The notes beneath the pieces were generated by a model. The model did no database searches, was not told the DNA's origin, and was given only the letters and a program-made list of their open reading frames with translations. Shown piece by piece: positions 1-13,600 of a stretch of 64,000 nucleotides of DNA; positions within the stretch are counted from its first letter, which is position 1; every line of letters begins with the position of its first letter. The DNA comes from Felis catus. Lineage: Eukaryota. The stretch is taken from the NCBI RefSeq assembly GCF_018350175.1, contig NC_058368.1:55678001-55742000 (forward strand), written 5' to 3'. The translations under genes and the position numbers were made by a program.

Positions 1-239
1 AATAGATAAGGGTGTTCATTCCTTCAGATCTTCCCTCTAGATCAAGCTCTTTAGTGTGGGCTGTGTCCCTTGACCAATGGTCACTAACTACATCTACCAA
101 CACTACTTCTACTACTTCCTTCTGTTCTTTCAATTTTTTATAACTATTCTCTTATCCTGTGCTTCTGGAACTATTATTGATTGCAACAATCTGGTTCTGT
201 GCCATACCTTATAGTTCTCATCTCAAATACCTTTGTAAA

Positions 240-830
240 TAGTACTTGCATGAAATCCCTCTCCAATAATATAATCCAATAATATGACATGTTTTTTGTG
301 TTTAGGGTCCTGATTAATTCTAAAATGGAGGAAGTAAGTACTATGGAAAAAAAAAAGAATGAAAAAGTACAGAAAGTTAAAGCTAATAGAGTTCTGGGGC
401 CAGGCTACAGATTTAAATAAGTAGTTGAGATAAGTCTCTTTGATAGAATGGTTTATATGCAAAAATATGAGAAAGATGAGGGAGTTAGTTTTTTGGCTAT
501 CTTGCTTGTGAAAGACTATTTCAGGCACAGTGAACAGTTAGTGAAAGGGTCCTGATCTGGGAGTGGTGATGGAAAACTAGAGGACCAATGGTGTTTGGAA
601 GTTAGAGAGGTGATAGGAAGTCATATTATTTACAACTATGGATGCCATTTTTACAAATTTGGTTTTTACTCTGAAGATAATTAGAGATATGTAGGGTTTC
701 AACCAGTGAGTAGTATGAATTGACTTAAGTGTTTAAAAGATCACTCTGACTTCTTTATTATGAGCCCACTGTAGGAGAACTAAGGTAGAAGCATAGTGAC
801 CTGTTGGGAAGCTATGATATAAATTAGAAT
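240..830 (-). mobile_element. Ancient LINE-2 fragment
   Basis: Diverged motifs resembling the L2 antisense consensus (tttcaggcacagtgaacag...aaagggtcctga; tttaaaagatcactctgac; gtagaagcatagtgacctgttgggaagct). Boundaries approximate. Confidence 0.6.
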
Positions 831-1020
831 TTATAGAAGTAAAAAATAATTTCACTTTAATCCTGCAAAGTTTCAAGTTTTTACTTTCAGTTATATTTTA
901 CTAGTGGCAACAAATGGCAATGTTAAAAATAAAGCCATAGTGAAAATGCTAATAGCAGATAATCAGGACTGTGTATGCTAAATTGACCTCTACTTCTTGA
1001 AGCAGTGTCATACACACAGA

Positions 1021-1051
<31 letters not shown>
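1021..1051. repeat. (GATA)n microsatellite
   Basis: atagatagatagatagatagatagatagat. Confidence 0.95.
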
Positions 1052-1237
1052 TTTGTGTAAGGATATTTCCTTTTATCTATTAGAAGATTAAATATATGAT
1101 TCAGCATGTATTGAATCATTGTGGACATTTGTGTAATAACAAAAAATGACTGTTTTGCAGCTGGATACATGTTCACATTTTAATATGTTGATCCAGTCGA
1201 GGATATAACAGATAACAAAGGAGATTTAAAAGGATGA

Positions 1238-1295
1238 TGTTCACCTGAAACTAATAAAACACTGTATGTTAATTATGCTTCAGTAAAAATAAAAT
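1238..1295 (+). mobile_element. Extremely 5'-truncated LINE-1 3' end (~58 bp)
   Basis: tgttcacctgaaactaataaaacactgtatgttaattat resembles carnivore L1 3' termini; A-rich tail; TSD aaaggatga at 1229-1237 and 1296-1304. Confidence 0.7.
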
Positions 1296-2329
1296 AAAGG
1301 ATGAAGCTAATCATCTTCAGTAATAAATATGACCAGTACTGATATCTTATATAAGTTTTGATGTGGAAACAACAATGCCTCAATAACATTTCATTTGTTT
1401 CCATCACCATAGCAGTACTGTGAACATAAACATTTTTGTCATTTCTTAATTAAATGTAGACACACAAATACACACCCCTCAGTATTTGCAACACACACCA
1501 GTATATATCACATTTCCTTAACAATTTTTAATACTTTTTCCTCAGTTTTTATTAGTGATTTGATGTAACAAATACATTTTAGATAGTACATTTTAATAAT
1601 ATGTTCATTTTACAATATAATAATGTTATAACATATATTTAAAGCATATACATATATATAAGCATGAAGTTTATGAAAGTATAAAATGCAGTGAAAAACA
1701 TAATTTACTTGGTAAATTTACCAAGTGAAAAGTTTGCCCCGAAAAAAGTGAAAATAAAATATTTCACTTGTTTTAAGGACTGAATCTAAATATCAAAATA
1801 AAGTAAAATTTATGTATATGTTAAGTCATCAAGAATATGTACTATTGTGTTCTTATGATTTTTTAAATTTTACTCTTAAAAAAATCTTATTTATTTTAAG
1901 TTATATTTTATTTTATTTTATTTTAATTTTTTAAAACGTATGTTTTTCTGTTTTTTTCTATTTTAAGTTGTTATTTAAATTCCAATTAGTTAACATATAC
2001 TGTAATATTATTTCCAGTAGTAGAATTTTATGACTCATCACTGACATACAACACCCAGTGCTCATCGCAAGTACCCTCCTTAATACCCCTCCCCCATTTA
2101 ATCCACCCCTTGTACAATTCCCCTCCAGATCTCAGGTTTTTGTCTATAGTTAAGAGTCTGTTTTATGGTTTGCCTATCTCTTTTTTTCTCCATTCTCATC
2201 TGCTTGTTTTTTAAATTCCCCATATGAGTGAAATTATATGTTATTTGTCTTTCTTTGACTTAGCATAAGAGATTCTAATTCCATCCACATCAGTACAAAT
2301 GACAAGATTTCATTCTTTATTATGGCCAA

Positions 2330-5300
2330 GTAATAGTCCATTGTGTATATATACCAATTCTTCTTTATCCATTCATTAGTCCATGGACATTCGAGTTCTT
2401 TCCATAATTTTCCTGTCATTGATAATGCTGCTATAAACATAAGGGTGCATGTGTCCCTTTGAATCAGTATTATTTTGGGTAAATACCTAGTAGTGCAGGT
2501 ACTGGATCCTAGGGGAGTCCTATTTTTAACTTTTTGAGGAACTTCCATACTGTTTTTCACAGTGGTTTTATTCCCACCAACAGTATAAGAGGGTTCTTCT
2601 TTGTCCAGATCCTTGCCAACATCTGTTGTTTCCTTTGTTGTTAATTTTATCCATTCTGACAGGTGTGAAGTGATACCTCGTTGTTTTGATTTGTATTTCC
2701 CTGCTGATGAGTGATGTTGAACATCTTTTTTTTTATGTTTATTTTTGAGAGAGAGAGGGAGGGAAGGAGGGAGGGAGAGAACGAGCAGGGGAGGGGCAGA
2801 GAGAGAGGGAGACACAGAGTCCAAAGCAGGCTCCAGGCTCTGAGCTGTCAGCACAGAGCCTGATGAGGGGCTTGAGCCCACAGACAGCGAAACCATGACC
2901 TGAACTGAAGTTGGATGCTTAATTGACTAAGCCACCCAGGCACTCCGAGCATCTTCTCATGTGTGTATTAGCCATCTGGATGTCTTCTTTGGAAAAATGT
3001 CTGTTCATGTCTTCTGCCCATTTCTTAACTGGGTTATTTGTTTTTTGCATGTTGGATTTGCTAAGTTCTTTATAGATTTTGGATACTAACCCTTTGATAT
3101 GTCATTTGCAAATATCTTTTCTCATTCCATAATTTACTTTATTGTTTTGTTGATTGTTTTCTTTGCTGTGCAGAAGCTTTATATCTTGATGAAGTTGCAA
3201 TAGTTCATTTTTGCTTTTGTTTCTCTGGCCTCCAGACTCATACCTAGAAAGAAGTTGCCATGGCCAATGTCAAAGAGGTTCGTGCCTGTGTTCTTCTCTA
3301 GGATTTTGATGGTTTCCTATCCCATATTTAGGTCTTCAATCCATTTTGAATTTATTTTTATATATGGTGTAAGAAAGTGGTCCAGTTTCATTCTTCTGCA
3401 TGTTGCTGTCATTTTCCCAAAACTATTTGTTTAAGAGACTGTATTTTTTCCATTGGATATTCTTTTCCTGCTTTGTTGAAGATTAGTTGACCATATAGTT
3501 GTGAGTCCATTTCTGGGTTTTGTGTTCTGTTCCACTGATCTATGTGTCTGTTTTTGTGCCAATACCATACTGTCTTGATGACTGACATTTTGTAATATAA
3601 CATGAAGTCTGAAATTGTAATGTCTCCAGCTTCACTTGTCTTTTTCAAGATGGCTTTGGCTATTTGGGTTCCATTGTGGTTCCATACAAATTTTAGGATT
3701 GTTTGTTCTATTGCTGTGAAAATGTTGGTGGTATTTTGATAGGGGTTGCATTAAAGGTGTAGATTCCTTTGAGTAGTGTAGATATTTTAACAATATTTGT
3801 TCTTCAAATCCATGAGCATGGGATATTTTTCCATTTCTTTGTGTCATCTTCACTTTCTTTCGTAAGTGTTCTATAGTTTTCAGAATACAGATCTTTTATC
3901 TCTTTGGTTAGGCTTAATCCTCAGTATCTTATGGTTTTGGGTAAAATTGTAAATGGGATTGATTCCTTGATTTCTCTTTCTGCTGATTCATTGTTGGTGT
4001 GTAGAAATGCCACAGATTTTTGCATGTTGATTTTGTATCCTGTGACTTTACTGAATTCATGTATCAGTTCTAGCAACTTTCTGATAGAGTATTTTGGGTT
4101 TTCTACATAGGCTATCATGTCATCTGTGAATAGTGAAAGTTTGACTATTTCCATGGTGATTTGGATGCCTTTTACTTCTTTTTGTTGTCTGATTGCTGAG
4201 GCTAGGACTTCCAGTATGTTAAATAACAATGGTAGGAGTAGATGTCCTTGTCTTGTTTTTGACCATAGAAGAAATGCTCTGTTTTTCCCTATTGAGGGTT
4301 GATAATGGCTGTTGGTCTTTTATATATGGCCTTAATGATGTTGAAGTATGTTCCCTCTATCCCTACTTTGTTGAGGGTTTTTATCAGTAATGACTGTTGT
4401 ACTTTGTCAAGTATTTTTTCTGCATCTATTGGAGAATCATATGGTTCTTATCCTTTCTTTTATTAATGTGGTATATCACATTGATTGATTTACAAATATT
4501 GAACCATGCTTGTAGCCCAGGAATAAATCCAAGTTGATCATGGTGAGCTATTATTTTAATGTGCTCTTGGACTCTATTTGCTATGCTAGTATTGTCTTGA
4601 GACTTTTTGCATCCATGTTCATCAGAGATAGTGGCCTGTATTCTCTTTTTAGTGGTGTCTTTATCTGTTTTTGGAGTCATAGTATTGCTGGCCTCATAGA
4701 AGTAGGTTTGGAAGTTTTCCTTCCATTTCTGTTTTTTGGAATAGTTAGAGAAAATAGTTATTATCTCTTCTTTAAACGTTTGGTAGAATTCCCTTAGGAT
4801 GCCGCCTGGCCTTGGACTTTTGTTTTTTGGGAGATTTTTGATTTTTGATTCAATTTCCTTGCTGGTTATCATTCTGCCCAAGTTTTCTATTTCTTCCTGT
4901 TTTAGTTTTGGTAGTTTGTGTGTTTCTAGGAATTTGTCTTTTTCTTTCAGATTGCGTAGTTTGTTGGCATATAATTTTTCATAGTATTCTCTTGTAATTG
5001 TATTTCTGTGGTGTTCATTGTGCTCTTTCCTCTCTCATTTATGATTTTATTTATATGGGTCATTTTTCTTTTTGATAATTCTGGCTGGGGGTTATGAATT
5101 TTATTAATTTTTAAAGGAAACAGCTCCTGGTTTCTCTGCTCTGTTCTACTTTTTTTTTCTTTGTTTCTATATCATTTGCTTATGTCCTAATCTAATTTCC
5201 CTTCTTCTGGCTTTAGGCTTCATTTGTTCTTTTTCTAGCTCCTTTATGTGTTAGGTCAGGTTGTGTATTTGAGATTTTTCTTGCTTCTTCAGGTAGGCCT

Positions 5301-6197
5301 GTATTGCTATATTCTACCTTGTTAATGACTGCTTTTGCTGTATCCCAGAAGTTTTGGATCATCATGTTTTTATTTTCATTTTTCCCCATTTAGTTTTTAT
5401 TTCTTTAATTTCCTGGTTGACTCATTCATTCTTTAGTTGGATGTTCTTTAACTTCCATGTATTTGTGTTATTTTCAAATTTTTTCTTATAGTTGGTTTCA
5501 ACTTTCATAGTATTGTGGTCTGAAAACATGCATTGTATGATCTCAGTCTTTTTGTACTTGTTGAGGGCTGATTTGTGACCCAGTATGTGATCTCTTCTGG
5601 AGAATGTCCCAAATGCACTTGAAAGTAATATGAATTCTTCTGTTTTCAGCTGAAATGTTCTGAATATATCTGTTTAGTCCATTTGATCCAGTGTGTCATT
5701 CATAGCCTTTTTTTTCCTTGTTGATTTTCTGCTGAGATGATAGGTATATTGCTATAAGTGGGATGTTAAAGTCCCCTACTATTATTGTATTATTTTAAAT
5801 GACTTTATTAATGTGTGTTATTGTTTTATATATTTTGGTGCTTCCAAATTGGTGGCATAAATATTTACCATTGTTAGATATTCTTGTTGGTTGGATCCCT
5901 TAATTATGATATGCTGCCCTTCTTCATTTCTTGTTACAGTCTTTGGTTTAAAATTGTTTTGTCTGATGTAAGTATGGGTACTCTGGATTTCTTTTGACAT
6001 CCATTGCATGATAAATGGTTCTTCCTCTCCTCACTTTGAATCTGCAGGTGTCTTTAGGTCTAAAATGAGTCTTTTGTAGACAGCATATAGATGGATCTTG
6101 TTTTTTTTATCCATTTTGATACCCTATGTCTTTTGATTGGAGCAATTAGTCTATTTATCTTCAGAGTGATTATTGGTGGATATGAAGTTGGTGCCAT
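2330..6197 (-). pseudogene. LINE-1 ORF2 (endonuclease/reverse transcriptase), disrupted
   Basis: ATG at 6197. ORF-track fragments 5818-6009 (EN), 4426-4881, 3921-4229 (RT, FTDD for FADD), 3632-3853, 3409-3648 and the C-terminal part of 2234-2896; many frameshifts and stops. Confidence 0.9.
2728..2946 (-). mobile_element. CanSINE (SINEC_Fc-type) inserted in L1 ORF2
   Basis: tRNA-derived head, (CT)n tract, A-rich tail; imperfect TSD gaacatctt/gagcatctt. Confidence 0.95.
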
Positions 6198-6289
6198 TGT
6201 ATTACCTGTTAGGTCATTTCTGGAGATTTTCTCTGTTCCTTTCTAGTCTGGTTTTTTTTTTTTTTTTTTTTGCTTTTGGTCTTTCTCAC

Positions 6290-7386
6290 CCACTCGAGTC
6301 CCCTTTAATATTTCTTGCAGGGGTGTTTTAGTGATCACAAACTCCTTTAGTTTTGTTTGGGAAACTCTTTCTCTATCCTATTTTACATGACAGCCTTGCT
6401 GAATACAGTATTCTTGGCTTCATATTTTTCCCATTCAGCTTGTTGAGTATATCATTCCACTTCCTTTTGGCTTGCCAAGTTTCTGTGGAGAGGTCTACTG
6501 CTAATCTTACTTGTTTTCATTTGTAAGTCAGTGATTTCTTTTTCTCTTACTGCTTTTAGGATTTTTTTCTTTTTCTCTAAATTTTACAAATTTAACTCCA
6601 GTATGTCTCAACATTGGCCTGCTTTTGTTAATTTTGATGGGAGATCTCTGTGTCTGTTTCCTTCCCCAGATTATGGAAATTATCAGCTATAATTTCTCCA
6701 AATAAACCTTTTGCCTCCTTATCCCTTTCTTGTTCTTCTGCAACTCCTATAATAGGAATGTTATTATGCTTTATGGAGTTGCTGAGTTTCTTAAGTCTAC
6801 CTTTATGTTTCAATATATTTCTTTTTTTTTAAATTTTTTTTTCAATGTTTTTATTTATTTTTGGGACAGAGAGACACAGAGCATGAACGGGGGAGGGGCA
6901 GAGAGAGAGGGAGACACAGAATCGGAAACAGGCTCCAGGCTCCGAGCCATCAGCCCAGAGCCTGACGCAGGGCTCGAACTCACGGACTGCGAGATCGTGA
7001 CCTGGCTGAAGTCGGACGCTTAACCGACTGCGCCACCCAGGCGCCCCATCAATATATTTCTTTTCAACTTATTTTCCATAATTTTATCTTCTATGTCACT
7101 TATTTGTTTCCCTGATTCTTCCATCCATGTGGTCACTACTCTAGTAGGTGTTGCATCTTGGGTATAGCATTTTTCTAAATTTCAGCCTCACCATTTTTTA
7201 GATCTTTTATCTCTGCAGTAAGGGACTCACTGGTATCTTCAATGCTTTTATCAAGCCCAGCTACTATCCTTATGACTGTTGCTTTAAAGTGTGGATCAAG
7301 AATATTACTTAATCTGTTTGAGTAGACCACTTGCTGTGACCTTTTCTTGTTTTTTTCTTTTGGGATGAAATCCTCCATCTTGGCAT
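6290..7386 (-). pseudogene. LINE-1 ORF1, disrupted
   Basis: ATG at 7386. Fragments 7175-7378 (IVAGLDKSIEDTSESLTAEIKDLK) and 6628-6813 (NIPIIGVAEEQERDKEAKGLFGEIIADNFHNL). Confidence 0.85.
6826..7047 (-). mobile_element. Young CanSINE (SINEC_Fc) inserted in L1 ORF1
   Basis: Many CpGs intact; perfect TSD tcaatatatttctttt at 6810-6825 and 7049-7064. Confidence 0.97.
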
Positions 7387-9049
7387 TTTGTCTAGTTCTC
7401 TGCCTTCTTCTCTATGTTAGGAAAGCCTATTACATTTCCTGCTCCTGAGAGTAATGGCTTTATAAAAAAAGAGGTCATATTTTGTTCATGGCCTGGAACT
7501 TAAGGAAGTATCTCTGGTTTGTGCTGTGTGAGCTCTGCTGCTATTTTTGGCTGCCCTTTTCCTCCTGTCAGTCTTCTGAAGAATTTCTCCTTGCCTGCAG
7601 TGGGGAGTGTTTGGACCTTGGCCAGAGTGGGGCAAGTTTTAACTAGGTATGCTCCAGTCTGCTTGTGAAAAGTGACCTCATGCTATTTCCACTGGAGCTG
7701 TAGTTTTGCAACACTCTACTGTCAGTCGATGTGGTGCGTGCAAGGGGGCAGGGGGTAGGTGGTAGTTTGTGCTGGTCTTCTTAGGGAGCGGTTCTCTGCA
7801 CTGGTTCTCAGGCACACTTGCCCAGGAAAAGCAGCACCTGCAGAGTGCAGTGGATCTGGGCCTGGGTGTAAGCATATTATCCCTCCACTGTTGACACTGT
7901 GCTGTTTACTGAAGTTAGTTTATGCTAAATGGTGGGGGAGAGAAATGGTGCCTGCTGCCTCATTTGCCCCTGGAGAGACAATGCCACCTTTCTCCTATGC
8001 ACTCCAAGAAGAGAGAATCACCTCTCCCAGTGCCTCCCAGGTGATCCTCAGACCATACCATCGGCCCTCCTTCTCTACAGAAGCACTGCAGTGCCCTCCT
8101 AGCTCCACACAGGCTATATATACCTCAGACCTTTAAAACTCCAGTCTTTGATCCCTGGTGGTTGTAAAAACTCATGAAAATCACCCCCTCTTATTTTCCC
8201 GTCAGTGGCTTTGAGGAAGTATTTTCTTTGTGCGATCGCCTTTGCGCTTCTCTCTCTCTCACTTTTTATCGCCTCTGTTTGTGACCAGGACGCCTTCCCC
8301 TTTTCAGCACTTGCTATATGCTTCTCTCCCAAATCATGTCTCTGCACCTGCTACCTTCCAGAGTGTGGCCTCTTCTCTCCCTCTAATTGTGCATTTTATT
8401 CTGTCAGTCCTCAGATTTATTTACTGCATGTTCAGAATTATTTGATATTTATCTAGCAGAGTTTGAGGGAGCAGACAAGCCTAGGGTCCTACTATTCTGC
8501 CATCTTGGCTTTTCCTCGTCAGAAGTTCCATGTGTTTTTTATTTTACTGTGAATTATTTATTCAACCAGAGAAAAATTTAGGTGGATAGCACAATTATTA
8601 TTTTAATATTGACATTTTAAAATTGGTGTTCCTTATACATTTTACATTTAGTAAAATATCACATAGATGAAAGAATATTAAAACCCATACAGCAGTTAGT
8701 AGTTTGCTGTAGGATAAAACAACTGAAGATATGATAATGAACGTATTTAAAATTCTCTACTAATTTCTGTATGTACTTATTCTGATTATACTGGATGGTT
8801 ATCAATTCTGATTTAACTTAAAATTTTTGAAGTATGTATTTTGTTTATTGATAAATGACAACTGAAATAGTTTTTGATCCCTGTAAACTATCAAGTGGGG
8901 AAACACCCTGATATGAGCACTGATACTGGTAATGCCATATACCAATTAATTACATATCCTTGTAAGCAGTAATCCTGTCTTCTCCTATTTAGATTTATCA
9001 GTGACTTGTGTAGTAATTAGGTAATAAATGTCTTTAAAATTAAATCTAA

Positions 9050-9142
9050 GTGAATTGAATTAATTCAACAAAGATTTATTGAATGCTCGCTTCATTCGAT
9101 AAATTTGACCAGACAGTAGACACATGGCTATAAAACAGACAG
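9050..9142 (-). mobile_element. LINE-2 3' end fragment
   Basis: attcaacaaagatttattgaatgc...aaaacagacag resembles the L2 3' terminus in antisense. Confidence 0.5.
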
Positions 9143-9144
9143 CA

Positions 9145-9328
9145 TTTTTTAAAAATATTTTTTAATGTTTATTTATTTTTGAGAGAGAAAGACAGAAATA
9201 GAGTGCGAGTGAGGGAGGGGTAGAAGGAGGGAGACACAGAATCCGAAGCAGGCTCCAGGATCCGAGCTTTTAGTGAGATCATGACCTGAGCTGAAGTTGG
9301 ATGCTTGACTGAGCCACCCAGGTGCGCC
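9145..9328 (-). mobile_element. CanSINE with internal deletion
   Basis: Head and tail present; lacks the gtcagcacagagcc...ctcgaactcac segment near 9268-9273. Confidence 0.9.
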
Positions 9329-9329
9329 T

Positions 9330-9582
9330 GTTTTTTTTTTTTTTAATAATTTTTTAAAAAGATTTTATTTATTTATTTTGAGAAAGGCTGAGCATGGGAG
9401 GGGCAGAGAGAGATGGAGTGAGAGAGAATCCAGAGAGAGATGGAGTGAGAGAGAATCCCAAGAGGGCTCTGCACTGTCAGTGCCGAAGCCAATGTGGGGC
9501 TTGAACTCACAAACCATGAGATCATGATCTGAGCCAAAATCAAGAGTTGGACGCTTAACTGACTGAGCCATCCAGGCGCCCC
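9330..9582 (-). mobile_element. CanSINE (older aatcccaagc-type) with 27-bp internal tandem duplication
   Basis: Head ggggcgcctggatggctcag on the minus strand; cagagagagatggagtgagagagaatc repeated at 9404-9430 and 9431-9457. Confidence 0.92.
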
Positions 9583-12539
9583 AATAGTCTTTATTCTAAA
9601 ACATCATTTTGCATTTGCCTCACCACTTGCTGTAGCCAAATATACAAAGATATTAAAAATACAGCTTAATTTGGCTCTGGATGCTTTACTTTGAATATCA
9701 AACTGCCATATATAGCAAATGTTGCTGCCTGGCTTCGAAGGGCTCTGTGGGAGAGATAATAGAGAAAGACTGACATACTGACAGTCATATAGACAAATAG
9801 ATTTGTACACAGAAACAATATATGCAAAAAGACAAAGGCATGATACATTAAAAATATATATGTGCACCTGTTTCTCTTTTTTGTAAGATCTCTATTTTGT
9901 TGGCTAGATAGCTACTTAAAAAAAATAAACGATTAATGCATGGATGGAAGAATGGAAATAAATATTTGTATTTTCTCCAGGATTTATACATGACAAATAT
10001 TCCAACTTTTGACCTACAAGTCAGAATGTACACAAGAGTGCTTCATCACTAAATAATATTTAAGCTTTTGTTGATATATTAATGTTTATTAATATTATAA
10101 AGTTTTAATTTATATTTCAACTTACACAAAGTAAAGTAGGATCCACTGTGGTCACTGGACTTATTCTTTTATTTTCCACTTTTATTTTCTCTTTTAAAAT
10201 TCACTAGAATAATGAGCACATTCAAATCAAACATTATGCTAATACAGTGTTATATATTTCCATTTTATTTTTATTTGTGTGTTATATCTGCTTTATATCA
10301 AATTTTACTTAAACTTTTATAATAAGCATTTATTAATGCCATTAAATAATTATTACAGGGTTATTTATGTATATAGATTATCCCATATGGATATGTCAGA
10401 CATTACTTAATAGCAAACAGATATCTACTATTCATTGTGATCATTATGAATGCGTACTCAGATTGTGATAGCATCTATAACATTTTCATATTATTTGTCA
10501 TCAGACATTAAACAAACATACATTTGGTACATACTATATATTATATCTTATGCTAATTGCTTTCACTAATAAAAGGTAACTAAATACAGTATGTATTAGC
10601 ATAAAACATATGCATACAGGTGTACACACAGAGAGAACTAAATAAGAATGTGTTATACAGTGAAACAAGTAAGTCAAACTCTCTTATCTTTTTCACCCCT
10701 AAGTTTTGAATTTATTTTCATACATTTTGAGCACTGTTTATAAATAAGTACCTATACAAATATAAAAAATTTCAATGCATATTAGTTACTAAATCTGATG
10801 TAGTCCATTCATTGTGCTTGAAACCACTTGTTCAATTCATTAAATGCCCGTTTCCACTGACTATTACTTCTAAAGTTTGTCTCATATGCAAGTTTATTTA
10901 TATTGTAACAAATACTAAAATATTTTAAACTGACAAGGAAAAATATAAAAATAATAGTATATTTTACAGTTACAGGCACAGATATATATACTGAATCATT
11001 TGTAATGACCTAGAATGTATTTACAATAATAAAATCACCTTTTAAATTACACTCTCATAATATTTAATTAATAAATTTTCTTTATATGACTTGCATAGCA
11101 GAAACTAATGTTAGAGAAACAAATTATACTTTAATGTCAGAGTTATTAGTTAGATCTTTACAGGTTTTCATCTCAGTGTGAAGATAAGTTAGTCTATTGT
11201 GGTAAGAAATCATAATATGCTGGCTATTCTACAAAGAAAATTACAAATTTATGTTTGTTTTCTAACATCAAATAAGAAATATAACAAGAGTAAATGGGGA
11301 AAATTGAACAGGAAGGTTATATCCAAGTCATGGCTGTCAGAAATTCCAATTTTACTTCCTAATCTACCCAATGTTGTGTGAAGAGAGCTAATGTTCAATC
11401 CTAATCATAAAGGAGACAGCCATGCAGACTTGAAAGGTTTGTACACATAAAAAATAAAGGGTAAATCAATCTTCATATAATTTCAGTTCTAGGATATTCT
11501 TGGATGAGACAACAAATCAAGCTCTTGTTTTGTCTTCATTTCGGTTTTTATTTTGTTTTCCTTTTGAAGTCATAAACAGTCTGTAGTTATCCAGTACTTT
11601 GGAATTTTATTAACATGAATAAAATGTTCATTTTTACATTGATTTGGAGCATGTCATACGTTTCCATTCATATAATTATGCAATTAAAATCTCATTATTT
11701 ATTTGGTAATATAATTAGTATTTGCAAATGGAATTTACAATATTTATTACTTTGTAAGCCATAATGGTTGCATTTATTATTAAATGTGTTTCCAGGCACA
11801 GTTTAGAAATAATTATAGCTAAAATGTATTTCACTTTTTATTTGTACAGTGTCCATTATTTGTGAAATGATTCTTCAAATTAATTGAGACTCATGGCATT
11901 TTTAGCAACAACACCACTTTCAAATAAGCAGTTATAGTTATCTTTGAAATAATAAATCCCATGAGTTAAAAAATTCCAAAAATAAGATGGGAAAAATGTC
12001 CAGAAAAAATAATTTAGGAAGAAATATATGTGTCTAATTAGCAAAATATCTTAAAACCTCTGAGTAACAAGTAGACATTCCAACTAAGATAATGATGAAA
12101 GCTCATTTTACCCCATCAGATTTACAAAATAATGCCCAAATTCAGCCATGGCTTAGAAGGACACTCTGATACAGCTTTTAATAGAAGTTATAGATTGGTA
12201 GAAATATTTTATTTGCAATATGCATGATATATGGGAAAATGTACATACAATTTAAGACTTTCTGAGTTTAATATAAATACATGCTTTTTCAAAACATGTG
12301 GAAAGATGAATGTACAGGATGCTTATTGCAGCATTGTTTGTAGGAACCAACCCTGGAAAGTATTCATTGCAAAACTATTAACTGATTTATTAATTTTTTT
12401 GTGTGTGAGAGCCCTTTTTGCATGAATAATATAATAGTTAAGCCATGCATAAACAGTGTCTGTGCTTATGGAAAATTCTTTGACAGATATATACCAGCCC
12501 AAAGAAAAAAAATCAAGTTGAATGAATGTTAAAAAAAAG

Positions 12540-12814
12540 CAAGCATATTGGAACTCTAGGGATTATGATGTGGGTATCTAATCTGGTAGAGCTTCCTAAG
12601 AAATAATGTTTGATCTGCACTCTACTGAATGGGTAAGAGTTTACCAGGTGAAATGACCCAGGATATAAGAACTTCAGATATACTAAGTGCCTCAATGGGA
12701 CTATATACAGAATATACTAAGTGATTAAAGAAGACTAAGGTGAAGCAAAAGTGTCCAGGAACAAGGTAGGGAGTAGATAGTATAAATGTCCAAAACACAC
12801 ATACGCACACACAC

Positions 12815-12857
<43 letters not shown>

Positions 12858-13600
12858 AATAGAGAAGATAATTAAAATAGATTATCTGCAGATGTAATGA
12901 TTCATTGAATATGAGTAAAGAAAGATAGATGGCAGTAAATTGTTTACTTCAGGTATCTGTCTTGAATAACTTGAAAGGTTATTTACAATATAGGGAACAG
13001 TGGAAAAGGAGAAGATTTTGTTTTGTTTTGGTTTTTGGGCGTAATGAAGATTAATTCTGAGCTCAGTTAGCATTGTAGATTTGATATGTCCAAGAGCCAT
13101 AAAAGCATATATCTTGTAGACATCTGGATCTTTCTGAAATGTAGGACAAATGGTCACAGATATAATGTATGGGAATCATCAATATAATTGAAAGTGTTAG
13201 AATGGATGAAATCAACCAGGGAATATGATGATAAGAACACCTGAGATACAAACCTGACTGTCTCCCTTATTTAAGGATTTGGTACAGGAAGAGGAGAGTA
13301 CAGAATGAGGAGGATCAGCCAGTGAATAAGGGAATGGTGTTTTTAGAAAGCTAGGAGTAAGATTATTTCAAGGACAAGTGTGCTCAGCAGTGTCAAAATT
13401 TTCCTCCAAAATATCAGGATTAAAAAATAGAATCTAGAACTGTATGACATTAGTCAAAGAAATAGAAGTAGTTTCAATATGTGATATGCTCAGAGTCATA
13501 AAATGTTCAGTGAGGTGTGAGTGGTAGATGTAGAAATACAGATAGTAAGATAAGCAGCTCTTTTGATATAGCATGGAAGGAAAGCAAAAAAAAACAATAT
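12540..13600 (-). mobile_element. Ancient LINE-2 fragment(s)
   Basis: Purine-rich diverged L2-like motifs (gagctcagttagcattgtagatttgatatgtc; atggatgaaatcaaccaggga; gtgtgctcagcagtgtcaaa). Boundaries approximate. Confidence 0.55.
12795..12855. repeat. (CA)n microsatellite
   Basis: Imperfect then perfect CA run. Confidence 0.95.

Larger units (their letters stand above)
1950..8517 (-). mobile_element. Near full-length, decayed carnivore LINE-1 (interrupted by two CanSINEs)
   Basis: The 5' end reads gaggaaaagccaagatggcaga on the minus strand at ~8517. It is followed by 5'UTR, ORF1 remnants, ORF2 remnants ([45 protein letters not shown]) and a carnivore L1 3' UTR with T-rich tail near 1950. Confidence 0.95.

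Noticed and set aside
2234..2896. 220-aa ORF
   Set aside because: Chance fusion of CanSINE sequence with frameshifted L1 ORF2 C-terminus; not a gene.
1930..8545. TSD for the near full-length L1 (cgtatgttttt / catgtgttttt)
   Set aside because: Too degenerate and low-complexity, and offset from the 5' end.
9084..9093. tgctcgcttc match to the U6 5' end
   Set aside because: Only 10 nt, inside an L2 relic, with no TSD.
9145..9582. Tandem SINE pair as a third concatemer case
   Set aside because: The two units are different subtypes, both have heads, and no shared TSD or private variant is visible. Sequential insertion into an A-rich tail is simpler.
11164..11201. Plus-strand exon-like segment (tttacag...|gtaaga); similar ones near 42150-42177 and 43723-43821
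   Set aside because: Isolated, no recognisable peptide, and such motifs are common by chance in AT-rich DNA.
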